From: Epiperipatus broadwayi
Lineage: Eukaryota > Animalia > Onychophora
Direction of reading: 5' to 3'
DNA length: 64,000 nucleotides
NCBI GenBank assembly: GCA_028023455.1
Contig: JAQFVV010000001.1
Span: 30,566,001-30,630,000, forward strand
The position numbers and the translations under genes were made by a program. A model generated the notes under the pieces. That model saw only the letters and a list, made by a program, of their open reading frames with translations, was not told where the DNA came from and searched no databases. Shown one piece after another: positions 26,066 to 39,868 of the stretch. The number at the start of each line of letters is the position of its first letter. Positions within the stretch are counted from its first letter, which is position 1.

Positions 26066-26618
26066 TTAAAAGATATTTATTAAATATTTTTGTATACCTT
26101 TTTTTTTAACCTAGAAACTGATTTGCTTAATTTGTTTACGATAAATTTTGTACATTTGTTAGAAACTGGTGGTAGTGAAATGCTTTAGGGTTGTCAAGTG
26201 ATTTATATAATCTGAGGATGTTGGTCAATTAAATTTTCAACATGTTCAGTAAGTTTTTACTGTTATGCATAAGAGAACAATATATTTTTAAAACACTTCT
26301 ATTTTAAACAAATGTTGCACTAAAAGTGTTCATAATCAATTAAAATAGAAATAAAAACATACATTTCAATTGATTGTAAAAGTTGCTTGTTTTAAAATGG
26401 ATGAAATTTTATTTTTTTTTATTGTAGAAAGTTTCTTCGTTAAAAAAGAGTCTTTTATAATGAAAATAATATAAGAATCTGTTGTTAATGTATTGCAAAT
26501 TTTTTTTAAAATGTTATATAGACTGTGATATTTTCATTCTCAGTTTTAAATAGGAATAATTGCAAAAAATATCTGAGTACTAAAAAATTAAAAACAATAC
26601 ATATATATAAAATATTTT

Positions 26619-26900
26619 ATTATAAACACTTTTATTTACTGTGCATTATAAATCCCAAACATTGTTCTTGTTTTTTTTTTTAGCCACAAGTGAGCTTTAT
26701 ATATTTAACTTGAAATAAAAGTACCGGTTATTTCAGAAAATAATTGATTCAATTATTTATTTTAACAAGTGATTGAAGTAATTAATTTCTGGACATACCA
26801 CTTTTATTTCAAGTTAAATATAAAAATCTTATTTTGACTGAAGAAAACAATTATGTTTTTATCTTTTTAGTGCATAGTAAATAAAAGTATTTATTATAAT
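26619..26900. mobile_element. fold-back MITE-like element with ~120 bp imperfect inverted arms
   Basis: ATAAACACTTTTATTTACTGTGCA...TATTTAACTTGAAATAAAAGT is mirrored by CTTTTATTTCAAGTTAAATA...TGCATAGTAAATAAAAGTATTTAT. Confidence 0.7.
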
Positions 26901-28869
26901 ATATATATACTTTTTATTATAAATTTTGACCAATGATTGTTATCCAGTTAACATTTTGACATTTTCTAGCTCCACTTGGTGAGAATTTTTGAAAATGATC
27001 AATCTTCACTACTGTATAAAATCTTTATTTTATGCTAAAATTCAATAAGTTGGACTTGTTTTTTTTAATTCAATTATATAAATGAATAATATTCTTAAAT
27101 TTCATATTTGATATTTTTAAATATTTAAAAACTGATTTGCAAATCAAACGATTTACCATGCACATCATTAATCAAGTTAGTATAAACACTTTCAGAAAAT
27201 GTTTTTTTTTTTAAATTTTGTTTATTTAATTAGTTCAAAAAGATTAGCACCATATTGAAGTTTTAAATATTGACTTGAGACACAATTTTTATATTAACTT
27301 CAGTTTTAATAAATGTTAGAGTAAAATGTTATACATTGACAGAAAATATAAAAACTAAGGCAAAAAATAAGGCTAAGAAAAGTAGTAATTTCCATTAAAA
27401 AAGTAAGGAAAATAGAATTTCCTCATTCAAAAAAATTATTACTTTGTTGTTTGTTCATAATTTATCATTAACCAAGTTTAAAATTATACTTTCATTAATA
27501 ATTTATTTGTATTCCTCACAAAATTTTTATTCAAACCATATATAATACTTCTACTTGAGATAAACCATAACTTCAATGCTTACAAAAAAAGAACTCTAAG
27601 AATTCATTTTTTATTGTACCCCAGAAGTTGAAAAATCTCAAGCATCTGTAAGAAAAAACGTTCTCCTTAATAAAAGATAAAATTAAAATTCCATCAGAAT
27701 GTAAAAATAATTAAGAGAGTGGGGATGCTATTATTTTACCACTATAATACAATAAAAAAGTAAAATGGCATCTAATTTGAAATTCTAAATAAGATCATCA
27801 TGGTACACACATGTGTACATTATAAAACTGGTGTTTATGTATGCACTATACAAATTCTGCTAAAAGTTATGAAAACTTGATAGTCTGATAAACAAGATGC
27901 ATTACAGATTTTAGTGTTAAATTTCCCATTACTTGCTCAAAACCATTTTGATTTTAATCTTTTGATAAACCAACTCTATTATAACAATATCATCATCCTG
28001 AATAATCATTACCAATATAGTTGAATGTTTTTAGGCAAAAAAAATATGTAGACATATAATTTCTCATTTATTACTAAATATATATTTTTATTTTTTACTA
28101 AAAAGTTTCTAAGGTACATATTTATAATAATAAACAATTTTATATTCTTTCTCTTTCAAGATATATATTTTAGATAAGTATATCTGTTCATATGCAAAAT
28201 ATTAAATATATTATTTTATACGATTCAATGTTATTATTAATAAAAGATAAATCATTTCAAATATTGTTTACCAATTGGCAAAAGTAATCGGAAATGAAAT
28301 ACAAAATTCTAATAAGGAAGGCAGTCATATACCTCTCAAATGTATAATCAAGTTAATAAAAAAGTTAGTACAACAAAACTAATGAAAACCAAATTAGTAA
28401 AAAAACTAATAAAAGCCAAGTTAGTAAAACAAAAACTAATAAAAACAATAATAAAAAATACTGAATTATATAAAAACAAATTTCCAAAGAGGAATAAATT
28501 GTAAATAATCTTGGATGAGGATATCGATGATTCATTTATCATTTGTGCTGCTAGCTAACACAAACCAACAAAAAGAATAAAAATAAGATCTTTCATTATC
28601 TGTGCTACCTGTCTGTCACTGTGAAAAATCAATTTGTTAGGTTGAATTTACCCAAAATATAAAGTCAAAAGATTATCAAAGAGTGATTTGATAGCTTGCA
28701 AGTAATATTCCATATGAAAAGTTATTCATTGTGCTGCAAAACAATAAATAAAAATAATAAAATGCAAATATAACACCCTTATAAGTATTCAAAAATCATA
28801 TCCCTCATCTTAGCATAAGTAGAAGCATCTGCATTTGGAGACCTTTGGATTACACATTAATTACAATCC

Positions 28870-30570
28870 TGGCAAATTAATTTGTGATGAAACTGCAGAA
28901 GGTGACATTTGAGGTAAAATTGGTGCAATGGGATTAGGATCACTTGTCTTATTTTGAGTATGATAAAAGGCAAAACATCCTTTTCGAGAGATATTACAAA
29001 ATAGATACTAATCCACATTCCAAACAGCCAAAATGAGTTTCATGTCATTTTTTTAGACATACAACTGAATGCTTATACATGAGAATGTTATGATGATGAA
29101 GATCTATATGTATATGGTTTCCACATGATCGCTGTGCCAGATGCAAAAATACATGCATATTTGGGCAATATGTTATGCTTGAAGAAAATTCAATTAACAT
29201 ATGGGACAAAGTTCTCCAAAATTGTAAATGAGTTGTGGCATTCAAATGTTTACATGCCATATAAATGGAATATAAAACATACATTAGAAATTGCTGTGTC
29301 AAAACTACTATATTGGTCACAAGGGCCATCATGGGGATTTCCTGTCTTAGCAATATTGGTTCCACTTTTAATTGGCCAAACCAATACCACCCATATACTT
29401 GTGATACATTTTTATTGCAGGTGGACATTAAATTGTTGTGTTCAATTTTTATTTCATCAATTGATGTCATTTCCAGAAGGTCCATTAGCATTTGTAATCA
29501 TAGCAATTGGCTTTTTGTCTATCCAAACTGAAAATTGAAGACCATGGTCATTATCCATGATAAAATTAGTCTTGATTGATTTTTTTGTACTTTAGTGATG
29601 ATATTTAGAATACCTTTTCATCTTGTGTTTATTATTCCATTTTTCCTAAAGTTCCTTTGCTAGCTCTATACTTGGAAAAAAAATACGTCACAGAAAGTAA
29701 TGTGATGCTGTTTTGCAATATGTGGCAAAACTACTGACTTTACAGCATGAGTACCAAGGCTTAGATGAGCATCTGAATTTGATCCTTTGCCTGCATACAT
29801 TTTCATATGTGATTATCAGCACACATCTACCACTTGAAACCTCTTGATTGGTATTAAAGAATCGTAATGTTTCATGGTATTATGCCCTGTAAATTTTGTG
29901 ATTGATTCATCAACTGTAATCTCTATGTATCTGATATACAGCCTTGAAATTAACATTGCACTGCTCTATAATTGGCCTAATTTTATAGACATAGTCAAAA
30001 TTGCCACTTTCCTTATTTGCCATTGTTTTGTTATCAATAAAATGTAAACATGTTAGATATTGTTAAATCTTTTGTAAGGCATTTTATTTGTAAAATAAGG
30101 TCTCAAACTTGGATCAGAAGCCCAAATGGACAACAGATCTTATACAAAATATCCAATGCCATCCCAAAAAAGCAGATAATTCTTGATCCATTACTTTTTT
30201 CCAAGTGCACATGTTTTTCTTTAGTTGCATATTTATTTGCTTCATCAGTAGTTTTTGCACATCTTATCAAACAAGTGAAAAAAGTCTAAAATAGAATACT
30301 CATCTGTAATAGGGAACTTCTAACTCGGGGTTTTAATATAATTTTCTTCATGTACTTGTGCTATTATGTTCGATGGTACATTATTGTTACTGGATGAAGG
30401 ATGTGGCCTACTGCTAACTTTCGCATGTACATTTTTGTTTTTTCTTTGCCTTTTGACTGATAATGGGGCTTTTTACAATGTCTTTCATCTGAATTACTGG
30501 ATTGTATGCTATCCAAAGCTTTAAAAATCGCGAACTCATCGGAACTTGTTGAATAAATTTCTGAATACAT
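28870..30570 (-). pseudogene. piggyBac (PGBD-type) transposase pseudogene
   Basis: Collinear motifs with stops and frameshifts: LDFF..ANKYA..WKKVMDQELSAF, ITVDESITKFTG..KHY..PIKR, HITFCDVFFSSIELAKEL, WIDKKPIAMITN, PPAIKMYHKYMGGIGLAN, THLQFWRTLSHMLI and the Cys-rich C-terminus ETHFGCLECG..CFAFYH. Confidence 0.85.
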
Positions 30571-30894
30571 TTTTGCAGTTTCTTTTACTTAGATAATATC
30601 TCCATACAATCTAATAAATTGAGTAAAAAAAATTTTATCACAGAAAAATATGGTGTATACCTATCGAAAGGAAAAAAAAATCATAAAATAACAATATAGC
30701 TACATATAGTCCACTCAGTTTTCCTCCAATTTTAAAATGAAGACAAATAATTTTAAAAAGATAGCAGCTGTACTAACTTTTGTGAAATAGTTAATGAGAA
30801 AAACCAAAGAAATTTATATAGGATTTTGTTCCTATATATCCAAAATATTTATAATAAAATGCGTATGATCTTTCGTTCGGAGTTTTGTGTATGT

Positions 30895-31470
30895 TTTAGG
30901 TCGCCCCCTAACTTGAATAGATGTTTAAATAACACTAAAGATTACATTCCTTCGATTCAAGCACAACAGGCAGTCTACAAAATTGCATGTAGAGGAACCA
31001 ACTGTCAGGCCGCATATTATGGAGAAACGAAAGCATCCATTCATGTTAGATTGTCCCAACATGTATATTCATATAATAGAGCTTTAGCTGATTCACCCGT
31101 CAATTTTTGTATAACATGCAATTGCTGCGGGTCATGCGTGCAGACCAGATGAACCTAAGGTATTATGTAGGGAGCGAAGTGATTTGAGAAGGAAAATTAA
31201 GGAGGCATTTTTTATCATTTCGGATGAGCATGCATCAAATAAGAGGGAGTCCTTTTACGCTTTATCAAGGAAATGGCATGCTGGGGCACTTTAAGCCTTA
31301 TTTGCATATTCACCTAATTCATTTCGAATTGGAGATTATAAGAAATTTTGTAGACCTTGATAATGAAGGGTAAGCCTTCGAAACCATTCGGAGAAGTAAT
31401 AATTTGTTGATATTTATCTCTAGATATTGTTCTTATATCATATTTTGTTTTCTGAGTTATAATTTGTAAT
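30895..31470 (+). mobile_element. Penelope-like element 3' fragment (GIY-YIG domain + 3' UTR), different family
   Basis: AVYKIACRGTNCQAAYYGETK..VRLSQH, then (after a frameshift) HAIAAGH..KVLCRERSDLRRKIKEAFFI..SNKRES, stop at 31292-94. Confidence 0.85.
31355..31391 (+). ncRNA. degenerate hammerhead ribozyme, U3-A8 core variant
   Basis: CC-TTGATAA-T-GAAGG-GTAAG-CCTTC-GAA-ACCATT-C-GG, about 60 nt after the GIY-YIG stop; stems I and III are eroded. Confidence 0.55.
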
Positions 31471-32502
31471 CAATGTGTGTATGGTTTATTCTAACAGATT
31501 TAAATTTTACATTATAATAGATATAATGACTTCTGATTCAAAATCTGATATTTTCTTTATAACAATTACAATATTTGAAAAGATTTTCACACTCGATTCT
31601 GACAGATAGTGACATTACATACACCATAGATTTCTTTGTTTATATTATGATCAAGTTTATTAATTTCTGTTTTTAAAAAGAAATGATAGATGGATAAATT
31701 GAAAATATACATGTGTGTCCTTTTTGTTTTAAATGATAATTAACCAATTAGTGTGTAAACAAAAATATTTTATAAAGAAGCAGAACATCGTATTTTATTT
31801 ATACCAAAATCTTTGCATGAAAATGAAACCAAAAGGAGTAAATGCCCATAAAGCATTTTCTCTCTATGTAAGAATAGCAGTATCTTTTAAATCTAAGCTA
31901 TCTGTCCATAATCTATTGACTTTTTCAAATAAAAATGAGAATTTTTATATAAAAACCTGGAGGTCATTATTAGTTATGATAATGTTAATAAAGCATTTTA
32001 AAATTGTGGAATAACCATCCAGTTTAGAAATAAACAAAAGGCTTTTTGTAATCATGGGTAGAACAAAGATTAATACAGATAATGCAAGTACTTGTGAGTT
32101 AATTATTATGGAATGCAAATAGCTAAACACGTTAAAATGTGATCATGCAGACAATAAATAATAGTATTTTATGTTATATTAACCTTTCCATTTCTCGGAA
32201 AAATTTTATAATAAAAGGCAGAAATTCAAAATTATTGCCCTTACAATAGACATAAGCCCATCCTGACATGTTTAGCCATTGTCTGTTGCCAAGGCTGTAA
32301 AACATTTGCCGTTTTATGAACTTGTTTAAGGAAAATAAATCCCAATGACCAAAAACGTGTTTATTTGCGAATTTATTACAGGTTTAAATTTTTTTTTAAA
32401 AATTATTTACACTATATTTATTAGATATGAAGAAATTAAATTATTAATAACTTATTTTGACTTGAAATACTTTATTTTCAAAAATATAATGTTATATTAG
32501 CA

Positions 32503-32875
32503 CAGAGGTCCCCAACTTTTTTGTACTTAAGAGCACATTCTATAATACCGGCCAGGTGATGGGCACCATTTATTTTTACCAACCAGATGGCAGGCACCAT
32601 TTATTTTTTCAATGTAAATTTATAGTTGGATATTGTTAATAATACACATAATGTACAAAAAAATATTTATTTCAAAAATAAAATTTTAACATATAATTAA
32701 CGTTTATATTTTTACGCTGTAAAATAATATAATACAATAATTTATAAGAAATTTTAAAAATTAAATTTATTTGTATCAGATAAATAATTTTTTATCACGT
32801 TCAGATAGCGGCAGGCACACGTAAAATGGTCTACAGGTGCCATGGTGCCCGCAGGCATAATGTTGGGGACCCCTG
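32503..32875. mobile_element. hAT MITE (373 bp) nested in the piggyBac-like MITE
   Basis: TIRs CAGAGGTCCCCAAC / GTTGGGGACCCCTG; perfect 8-bp TSD TATTAGCA (32495-32502 and 32876-32883). The homologous site in copy 1 is empty (~25600-25607). Confidence 0.92.
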
Positions 32876-33298
32876 TATTAGCAAATGTAAAGATGGCCTG
32901 AAGCAATTGCAAGATTAGTTTCTATGTAAACAATATTTATACTTACGAGTGTAAAAATATCTCATTTTTGCTATAAATATTCAAAAATTTAAAACTTTTA
33001 AAGCATAATTCATTAGATATAAGAGAAATAAATATTCATTTGGATATTTAAAAATGTTAAATATTTCGTTGATTTTATAAACTGAAAATAATCTTTCTAG
33101 AAATGACGTCTAAACTCTTTGTTTTGTTTGCGATCTCATTTTTTTAATATTGACAGAAACAAAATGTGAACATTTAAAATTTGTTTCAGTAGTAAAAAAA
33201 AATATCAAATGAAGTCAAATTTATTATAGTCAGATAAGTAATAACCATTTTATCATATTTATTGTTAATAAATTGTAGTTGTAAATTAGTGATCAGGC

Positions 33299-33537
33299 TA
33301 ATGCACATGCGCTTTAAAGATTTTAAACTATAAGTAAATGAATACTCTCATTCTCAAAGTGACTGCTTAATATCTTCATGCTGTCATCTCCAAACACTTA
33401 AGATTGGACCATACTTAAACGTTTGGGTTGAAAAGATAGATGGATTCATTCTATCTTTTCATAAAGACTATTTTGTGTTTGAGAATGAGAGTATTCATTT
33501 ATGTATAGTTTACAATCTTTAAAGTGCATGTGCATTA
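33299..33537. mobile_element. fold-back MITE with ~60 bp TIRs nested in the piggyBac-like MITE
   Basis: TAATGCACATGCGCTTTAAAGATT...CTCTCATTCTCAAA is mirrored at 33478-33537; internal hairpin GAAAAGATAGA/TCTATCTTTTC; absent from copy 1. Confidence 0.8.
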
Positions 33538-34734
33538 TTTTACGTTGATGTGTGAGACAAAGAAAAATGTCAAAAAATGCAGACCTGTAAGAGGGTTAAT
33601 AAGTAAATAATATATTCTTTATATATGATTAAAATAATAGTCCAAAAGTTACCATTTATATGCAGATAGTATTTACTCTATATTGTATTATTAATAAATA
33701 AATAATATACTGTATTAGAATACATACTTTAGGTATGGAATATTCTTTGCATATATTTTGGTGTATTTATATATATAATCCCTTAGATTCGTATTTTATG
33801 CACATATAAATATGATTATTTGCTAATATAATAAAATATTCATTCTGCCATACATGCAATCTTTTGTTTTTATAAATAAGTTTTCTATGACTATGAATAA
33901 ATTAAACTATTAAGATAATTTTTTATTCAAGTCCAATTTAACCATTAAGCGTAACACCCTAATATGAATATGTTTGAAACAATAGTTGAGCACAGTGATA
34001 ATTTATACATCAATGTTTTTTAATTATTTGTTCTTTATATAGGCCAGAAATTATTTAAGTAAAGTTTTATGTAAATGGATACTGTCTTATTTCCCTAATT
34101 ACAATAAAATATTAATGTTTTTAGTAGCCAATTTAATTTCACAATAAAGATTTTCAATATATTTTCCAGGTTTTTTTTTTTTTTGTTAATTAATCTACCA
34201 TAAATGAAATGTTTTCACTTGTTATTTGCGTTAGTAACTAATATATAAAATTCTGTACAAATAATTTATTACAGTTCAACTGTCATTTCCAGTACTCAAT
34301 TTTTTTTATAAACTATTGATCAATAAACTATCCAATTAATTTTTTTATTCCAAATAAGCAAACAGACAACTAAAAAGTAATTAATATTTAATAAATAGCT
34401 CTTAATATATTTTAAAATAGATGCAGAGTTTTAAAAAAAGTTTTTAAAAGTAACAAAAATAAATAACTTATATAAATTGAATTGTATTGATAACTTAGAA
34501 AAAACTTGTTTCATTTCAAAGGATGAGCTTCATACAGCTGGAAATATGGAAAGATTAAATTCGTTACAAAAAAATTACAAGCAATTAAAAAAACTGTACC
34601 CCCCCCCCATTGTTATACAATATGTATTACTAAAATCAAAATATTTAATAAATAGATTTAAAAATAACTATAAATTAAAAATACACACTATTGTTCATTG
34701 TCATATAATGACTATGCACGGAGAAAATTTTTCA

Positions 34735-35625
34735 TTTATGAGGAGTACTCCAAAGAAACCCAGAATTTTATAATAAAAAATTATTTATTTTTAAGTGTTA
34801 TAAATTTAATTTCTTTTGAATTGCTATCCATTTGATTTAATACACCAGTCTAAATGTGTTTTTCATTTTTCAAAGTAGTCCAGAATGATGCCTGTGACAG
34901 TTTTTTTTTTTTTTTTTTTTTGACCACTTCTAAGTTGGCAAAAAAACAAAAAAAATGAGGCATTTTTTTATTGAAGAGATTTTTTAAAAATTGCATGAAG
35001 CAAGATCGAACAAATATGGCTGATAGATAAGCTGGATCGTGCTAAATTTAATATTTTACACTCAAAGTTTTGAGAGATGACACTTTGTCAGCATGAAGCT
35101 TGTACTCGTTTCTTTGCCACAAAATGTGTTGTTAACATTTTACCGCATCATGTAAATGTTTCACAACTTGGAGATAAAATGCCTGACTATTATGAACTAA
35201 ATCAGAAATGTCATTTATATCAAAAAAATCAGCATTGGTTTAACTTTGGGCTTCACTTGCCACATTTTTTAGGGATATGATGAATTTAACATTTCAATTA
35301 AATCACTCATAAATTTGAGTTTTTACAAGATCAGCTTACTTGTAATCTGTTTCAAGCATTAAAACTTTTTCTTGCCATTTTCTGTAAACAAAAACAGAAT
35401 TTCACATTGTTTGAACTTTTCATCATTATAAAAATTGACAAGTATGCAAAATGCACTTTACAAAAAAAATATACTATGTGGCACCATGATTTCATGTGCT
35501 GATGTCATTTGGCAGCTTGATACAGAAGGGTTTCTGCAAGAATTTTGTAGCAACAAGCATATACTAGAATAACCTTGCAAACCAGAAAACGAGTCCAGTT
35601 CTTTTTGGGTTCCCCTTGTACTGTA
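34735..35625. mobile_element. possible decayed Tc1/mariner-like element
   Basis: Weak terminal inverted similarity (CCAAAGAAACCCAGAAT versus the reverse complement of AGTTCTTTTTGGG..CTGTA); no clear transposase motif. Confidence 0.3.
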
Positions 35626-36800
35626 AAAGAAAAATGGTTCACAAAATAATTAAGTATGTAAAAAAAATTTTTTATATAAAACATTACTATAAAGATAATA
35701 TTTGTAGAGAGAATTGTTTCACATTCTAACTATAATAATTTGGATGCCACTCTATATTTAAAAATTCTAAATAGATTTTTTTGGTAGGAGAGGTGTGCAT
35801 ATGTGGATCTTCCATTAACATTTTTTTTTCTGGTAAAAGGACTTATACAGAAGAGATTATTAATTGTGAATATTGTAATCAAACTTAGAAAATGTCTGAT
35901 GGTATTTAAAATTTTTATAGCTCTAATATAATTATAGGCTTTTAGTTTAATATAATAGAGACTAACAAACTGTAAATAAAGTAATGGGTGCATATGATCT
36001 GTGATTTGTTACGTAATTGAGATATAAATAAATCATTTCTAGTTTACATTACTGAAGCTTTGACAGTATTATTACAGAAATTAGTTCTTAGATATTTTTT
36101 TTATCAACAAGATAGATTTGTAAAACATGGTTATCAATAAAATTTAGAAAAGATTAAGATGCTTAAATAATTGATAGGAGTGTGTGCAGTTGTCTTGAGA
36201 AGTGTAGTTGATATAATCTGAAAGTGATTTTTTTTTTCTTTTGACAAATGATTTGACAACAATGAAATTTCTAATGCTAAGAAAGATACAAAGTAATTTA
36301 CATTTTTAAAAGACTGCTTAATATTTGTTGTTGATTTAAATTTTGCTTTTTTTTTTTTTACAAAAATATTTAATGGTTTATGTTGGTTTTTTTTTTTTTT
36401 TAAAGAAGAAATTAAAAAAATGGATAGTGCAATAAATTTACAGTATTTTTCTTGAAAAGAATTTAATATTTCAATTCAAATGTCATTTGCATCACATAAA
36501 TGTAAAAAATTACAAACCATTAACGATAATAATATCTAAGTTTAGTTTCTATTTCATTTTAATATATGAAGTTTGTTTTAAAAATAATAGAAAAACTTTT
36601 TATTTAAAAAGAAGTTATTTAAATAACTACTGATAATTTAAATTGTACCGCATTCAAATTAATTAATCTTATTGGGGTTTTTTATGCTTAAACTTTGATT
36701 ATAATATAAAGTCATAATATTAAATAATATTTGTTACATATCGTGGCATAATTTATATATCTTTTTTATCTATATAAGTAGCTTATGCTTTGCAGTAGAT

Positions 36801-39278
36801 CAGGGGTCTACAAACTTTTGAGACGGAAAAACCAAATCTGACGCAACAATTTAAAAATTATTCGAGAGCCATAAACATATTTTTACAAATAAGGAAATTT
36901 AAAGAAATACTATAACAAGTTACAATATTAATTACATCTATTAAATGTACATTAAATCACGTGGAAAATTGCTAGGATTAGTTTTAATCAGTGTGAACAA
37001 TGAGCTTGCATTTCCTTAGAAAGTTTCTGTACGTCCTGTTGATAACTAGTGATTTTTCATTTGAGGTATGATTCCAAGTTGGCATCAGTAATTTGTTTCT
37101 CAATTTACATTTAATAAAATTCATACTAGAAAATGATTGTTTACATAAGTATGTAGATCCAAAGATACTGAGAATACCAAATGCAAACTTTTCAACTTAT
37201 GATATGAATCTGGGAGACTATTCCAAGTAATAAAAATCATAGAGTCTGCCTTCTGTAGGTTTTTTATAGCACTCTGCTGATTCTGTGAAAGCAGACTACA
37301 TTTTTCTTTTTCCAGTTCTTCCATTACAATACCAAGGTGAACAAATTTGGAGCTTCGTAAACTTTTGCTTGTCAAGTCCAGCAATTGTACTTCAAAATTA
37401 CCTGCATCAATATCAAATGTGAAAATGTTTAATTCCCTCACATTGGCATTAAGAGGATTTGTAATAAAAGCTAGAGTTGCTTTATCATTTTTAAATTCCT
37501 GAAACCTTTGAAGAATTGTTGTCTTAAAATAATCTTTGTTAATGAGGGCATTGTTTTCTTGATGATATTGAGACAAGTTTGGGAAATGAACTAAAGTTCC
37601 CCTCTTTAAATCTTCAGCAAATAGAATCAATTTCTTTTCAAATAAAATAATCTCTACCATTGAAAACGCAGTATTTCCCTTACATTGTAATTTATGATTG
37701 AGCTGATTCAGTTGTGATGTAACATCGACCATGAAATACAAGTTTTGCAACCACTGATCTGTTAATTCTAAATATTGAATGCCCTTGTTGTCGAGAAATA
37801 GTTTGATTTCATTTATGCAAAACATTTTAACATGTTTCCTCTGGAAAGCTATCGAATCTTGTTATATTGGAGATCTGAATACTCTCCATTTCACATAGCA
37901 ACTCTTTAAATTGTCAATGGTTACGTCCACCTTGCTGCAATTACCAAGTCTATAACTTTACCAATTTCTTCTGGAAATGTGTGAACCCAATGTACTTCCT
38001 GGTGAAGTATACAATGGAAAGTAATCACTTCATGATTAAGGTTTTTTTAAAATTGAAACAAACCCCTTTTTCGATCCCATATTTTTTTGCCCCATCAGTT
38101 GCAATTGACATAATTTTATCAAGTATGGTATGATTTTTTTCATGCATTGGATGACAGCATTTGCTATGACTTCTCCTTGAGTGGCAATAATCCTAAAAGT
38201 TCTTCTCTTGGACCCTCAGATGATACATACCGCACATAAAGGGAAATCTGGGCTGTGCCCTTGATGTTGCAAGATTCATCCACTGCAATTGATAAAGCTG
38301 AAGATAATTTAATATCCTCAATTTGTTGGTTGGCCACATTTATGGCCATTTTAACTGTCCTATCTGCTACTGTTTTAGCAGATAATGGCATGTTTTGAAT
38401 TTTATTTAAAATCTCTTACTTTTGAAATCATGAAAAAGTTCTTCAGATGCTTTAACAAAATGTTTTACATACCATCTGTAAATGGTTTTTCTTTCAGCGA
38501 TTTCCTGAGTTACTATGAAGCTTGCAATAGTAGTGTTATTTGGCAGACTGTCTCCAATAATGAAATACAGAACACGATTTTTCTGAAGTTCTTCCATTGC
38601 TCTTTTTCTTGTGTCACTGACAGGATATTTTATAGCAAATGAGGCATGTTTTGTCATGAAAGGTCTCTCCAAATTATACTTTTTGTTTGTACCAGTGTTT
38701 CTTGGTAAATAAGGCAGGTTGGAAGGCCTTCAGAGTTCACGATAAATGTGAAAGATTCTGTCCATTTGGTTTTAAAATCACAATGCTCATCTAATATTTT
38801 TCTCAGTCTTTTCTTTGTAGTCATGTTGAAAAACACTTTAAATATTGTATTTTATTTAATAAGTTATATCCGTGTTTGCACAACTACACAAAAAATGATA
38901 TGTTCCTCTTCTAGATAATGTGAATTAACATTGTCTTGTCCACTAGAAGGCAACCATGTACTCACTTATTAATTCCAAAGTTTTGCTAGACTTATAAAAC
39001 ATAAAATCATGATCACGTTAATAAAATCTTTTTAAAACTTTATAAATTGAAACTACGATAGTTTTATTTTCAATTTTACTACAAAGTAGGGGGTCTACAT
39101 GTTCCAGACTTGTCCTGATTTTATCTTCATTTTTTATGATTTCATATTGCAATGTGTGTGTATGTGTTTTTTTTTTTTGCTTTTTTTTAAATGTATGTTT
39201 TGATTAGGCCCTGTAGAAAAATATAAACATTACTGAAGAGCCATGTATGGCTCACAAGCCATAGTTTGCTAACCCCTA
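36801..39278 (-). mobile_element. hAT/Charlie-type transposon with GTF2IRD2/EPM2AIP1-like transposase pseudogene (~37121-38836)
   Basis: TIRs CAGGGGTCTACAAACT / AGTTTGCTAACCCCTA; TSD CAGTAGAT/CAGTAGAC (7/8). Motifs FKTKWTESF..LPTCLI, PLSAKTVADR, SIAVDES..TAQISLYVRY, HCILHQEV and WLQNLYFMVDVTSQLNQLNHKLQ. Confidence 0.93.
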
Positions 39279-39709
39279 CAGTAGACTAAAAGCTGTTTAG
39301 CTTACATATATAGATATTTTTTAAAAAGTTTATTTTTATACTGTAAAACCGTTAAGTTAAAAGTTTATTAATATAAATTTATAACAGACTTGATAAGAAT
39401 ATAATAAGCAATAATTTGTGTACAAAACTTTATTCACCAATTAAAAAATAAATCTCTTTACAATGGTGATTCATTCCATAAGAGCAAATTTTTGGAAGAT
39501 TTGAAATGTCATATATATTTGAATTGAAGATACCATTATGAGATTATAACTACATTTCAAAGCTGTGTTAGGTATAGATATGTGGTGAAAATTTATTTGT
39601 ACTGTTTAATTACAATTTATTTTTTATTAGTGTACCTTATATGTTAATTGCTGTTTACATACCGACCTCTTAGGCAGAGAAGAACATACTCGGAGAGTGT
39701 TATGTCCAA

Positions 39710-39868
39710 ACAATACCTATAAAATATATAACTAGCATTACATTTCCAGGACATAACTTTTTCTCAACTGTTGAATTCAACACCACATTCAAAGCACTTT
39801 TGTTTTGTATAAACACGGGCACCAGTTACTTATCCAGAAGATAAATAACGCACTTTAAACAATGGCCA
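39710..39868 (-). pseudogene. possible decayed BIR (IAP) domain
   Basis: WPLFKVRYLSSG*VTGARVYTKQKCFECGVEFNS*EKVMSWKCNASYIFYRYC fits BIR spacing W..x23..CxxC-x6-W (TGG>TGA) and W-x2-H (CAT>AAT). Confidence 0.35.

Larger units (their letters stand above)
32183..33595 (+). mobile_element. piggyBac-like MITE, copy 2, carrying two nested insertions
   Basis: TTAA at 32179-82 and 33596-99, AGAGGG|TTAA right end; homologous to copy 1 outside the two inserts. Confidence 0.75.
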
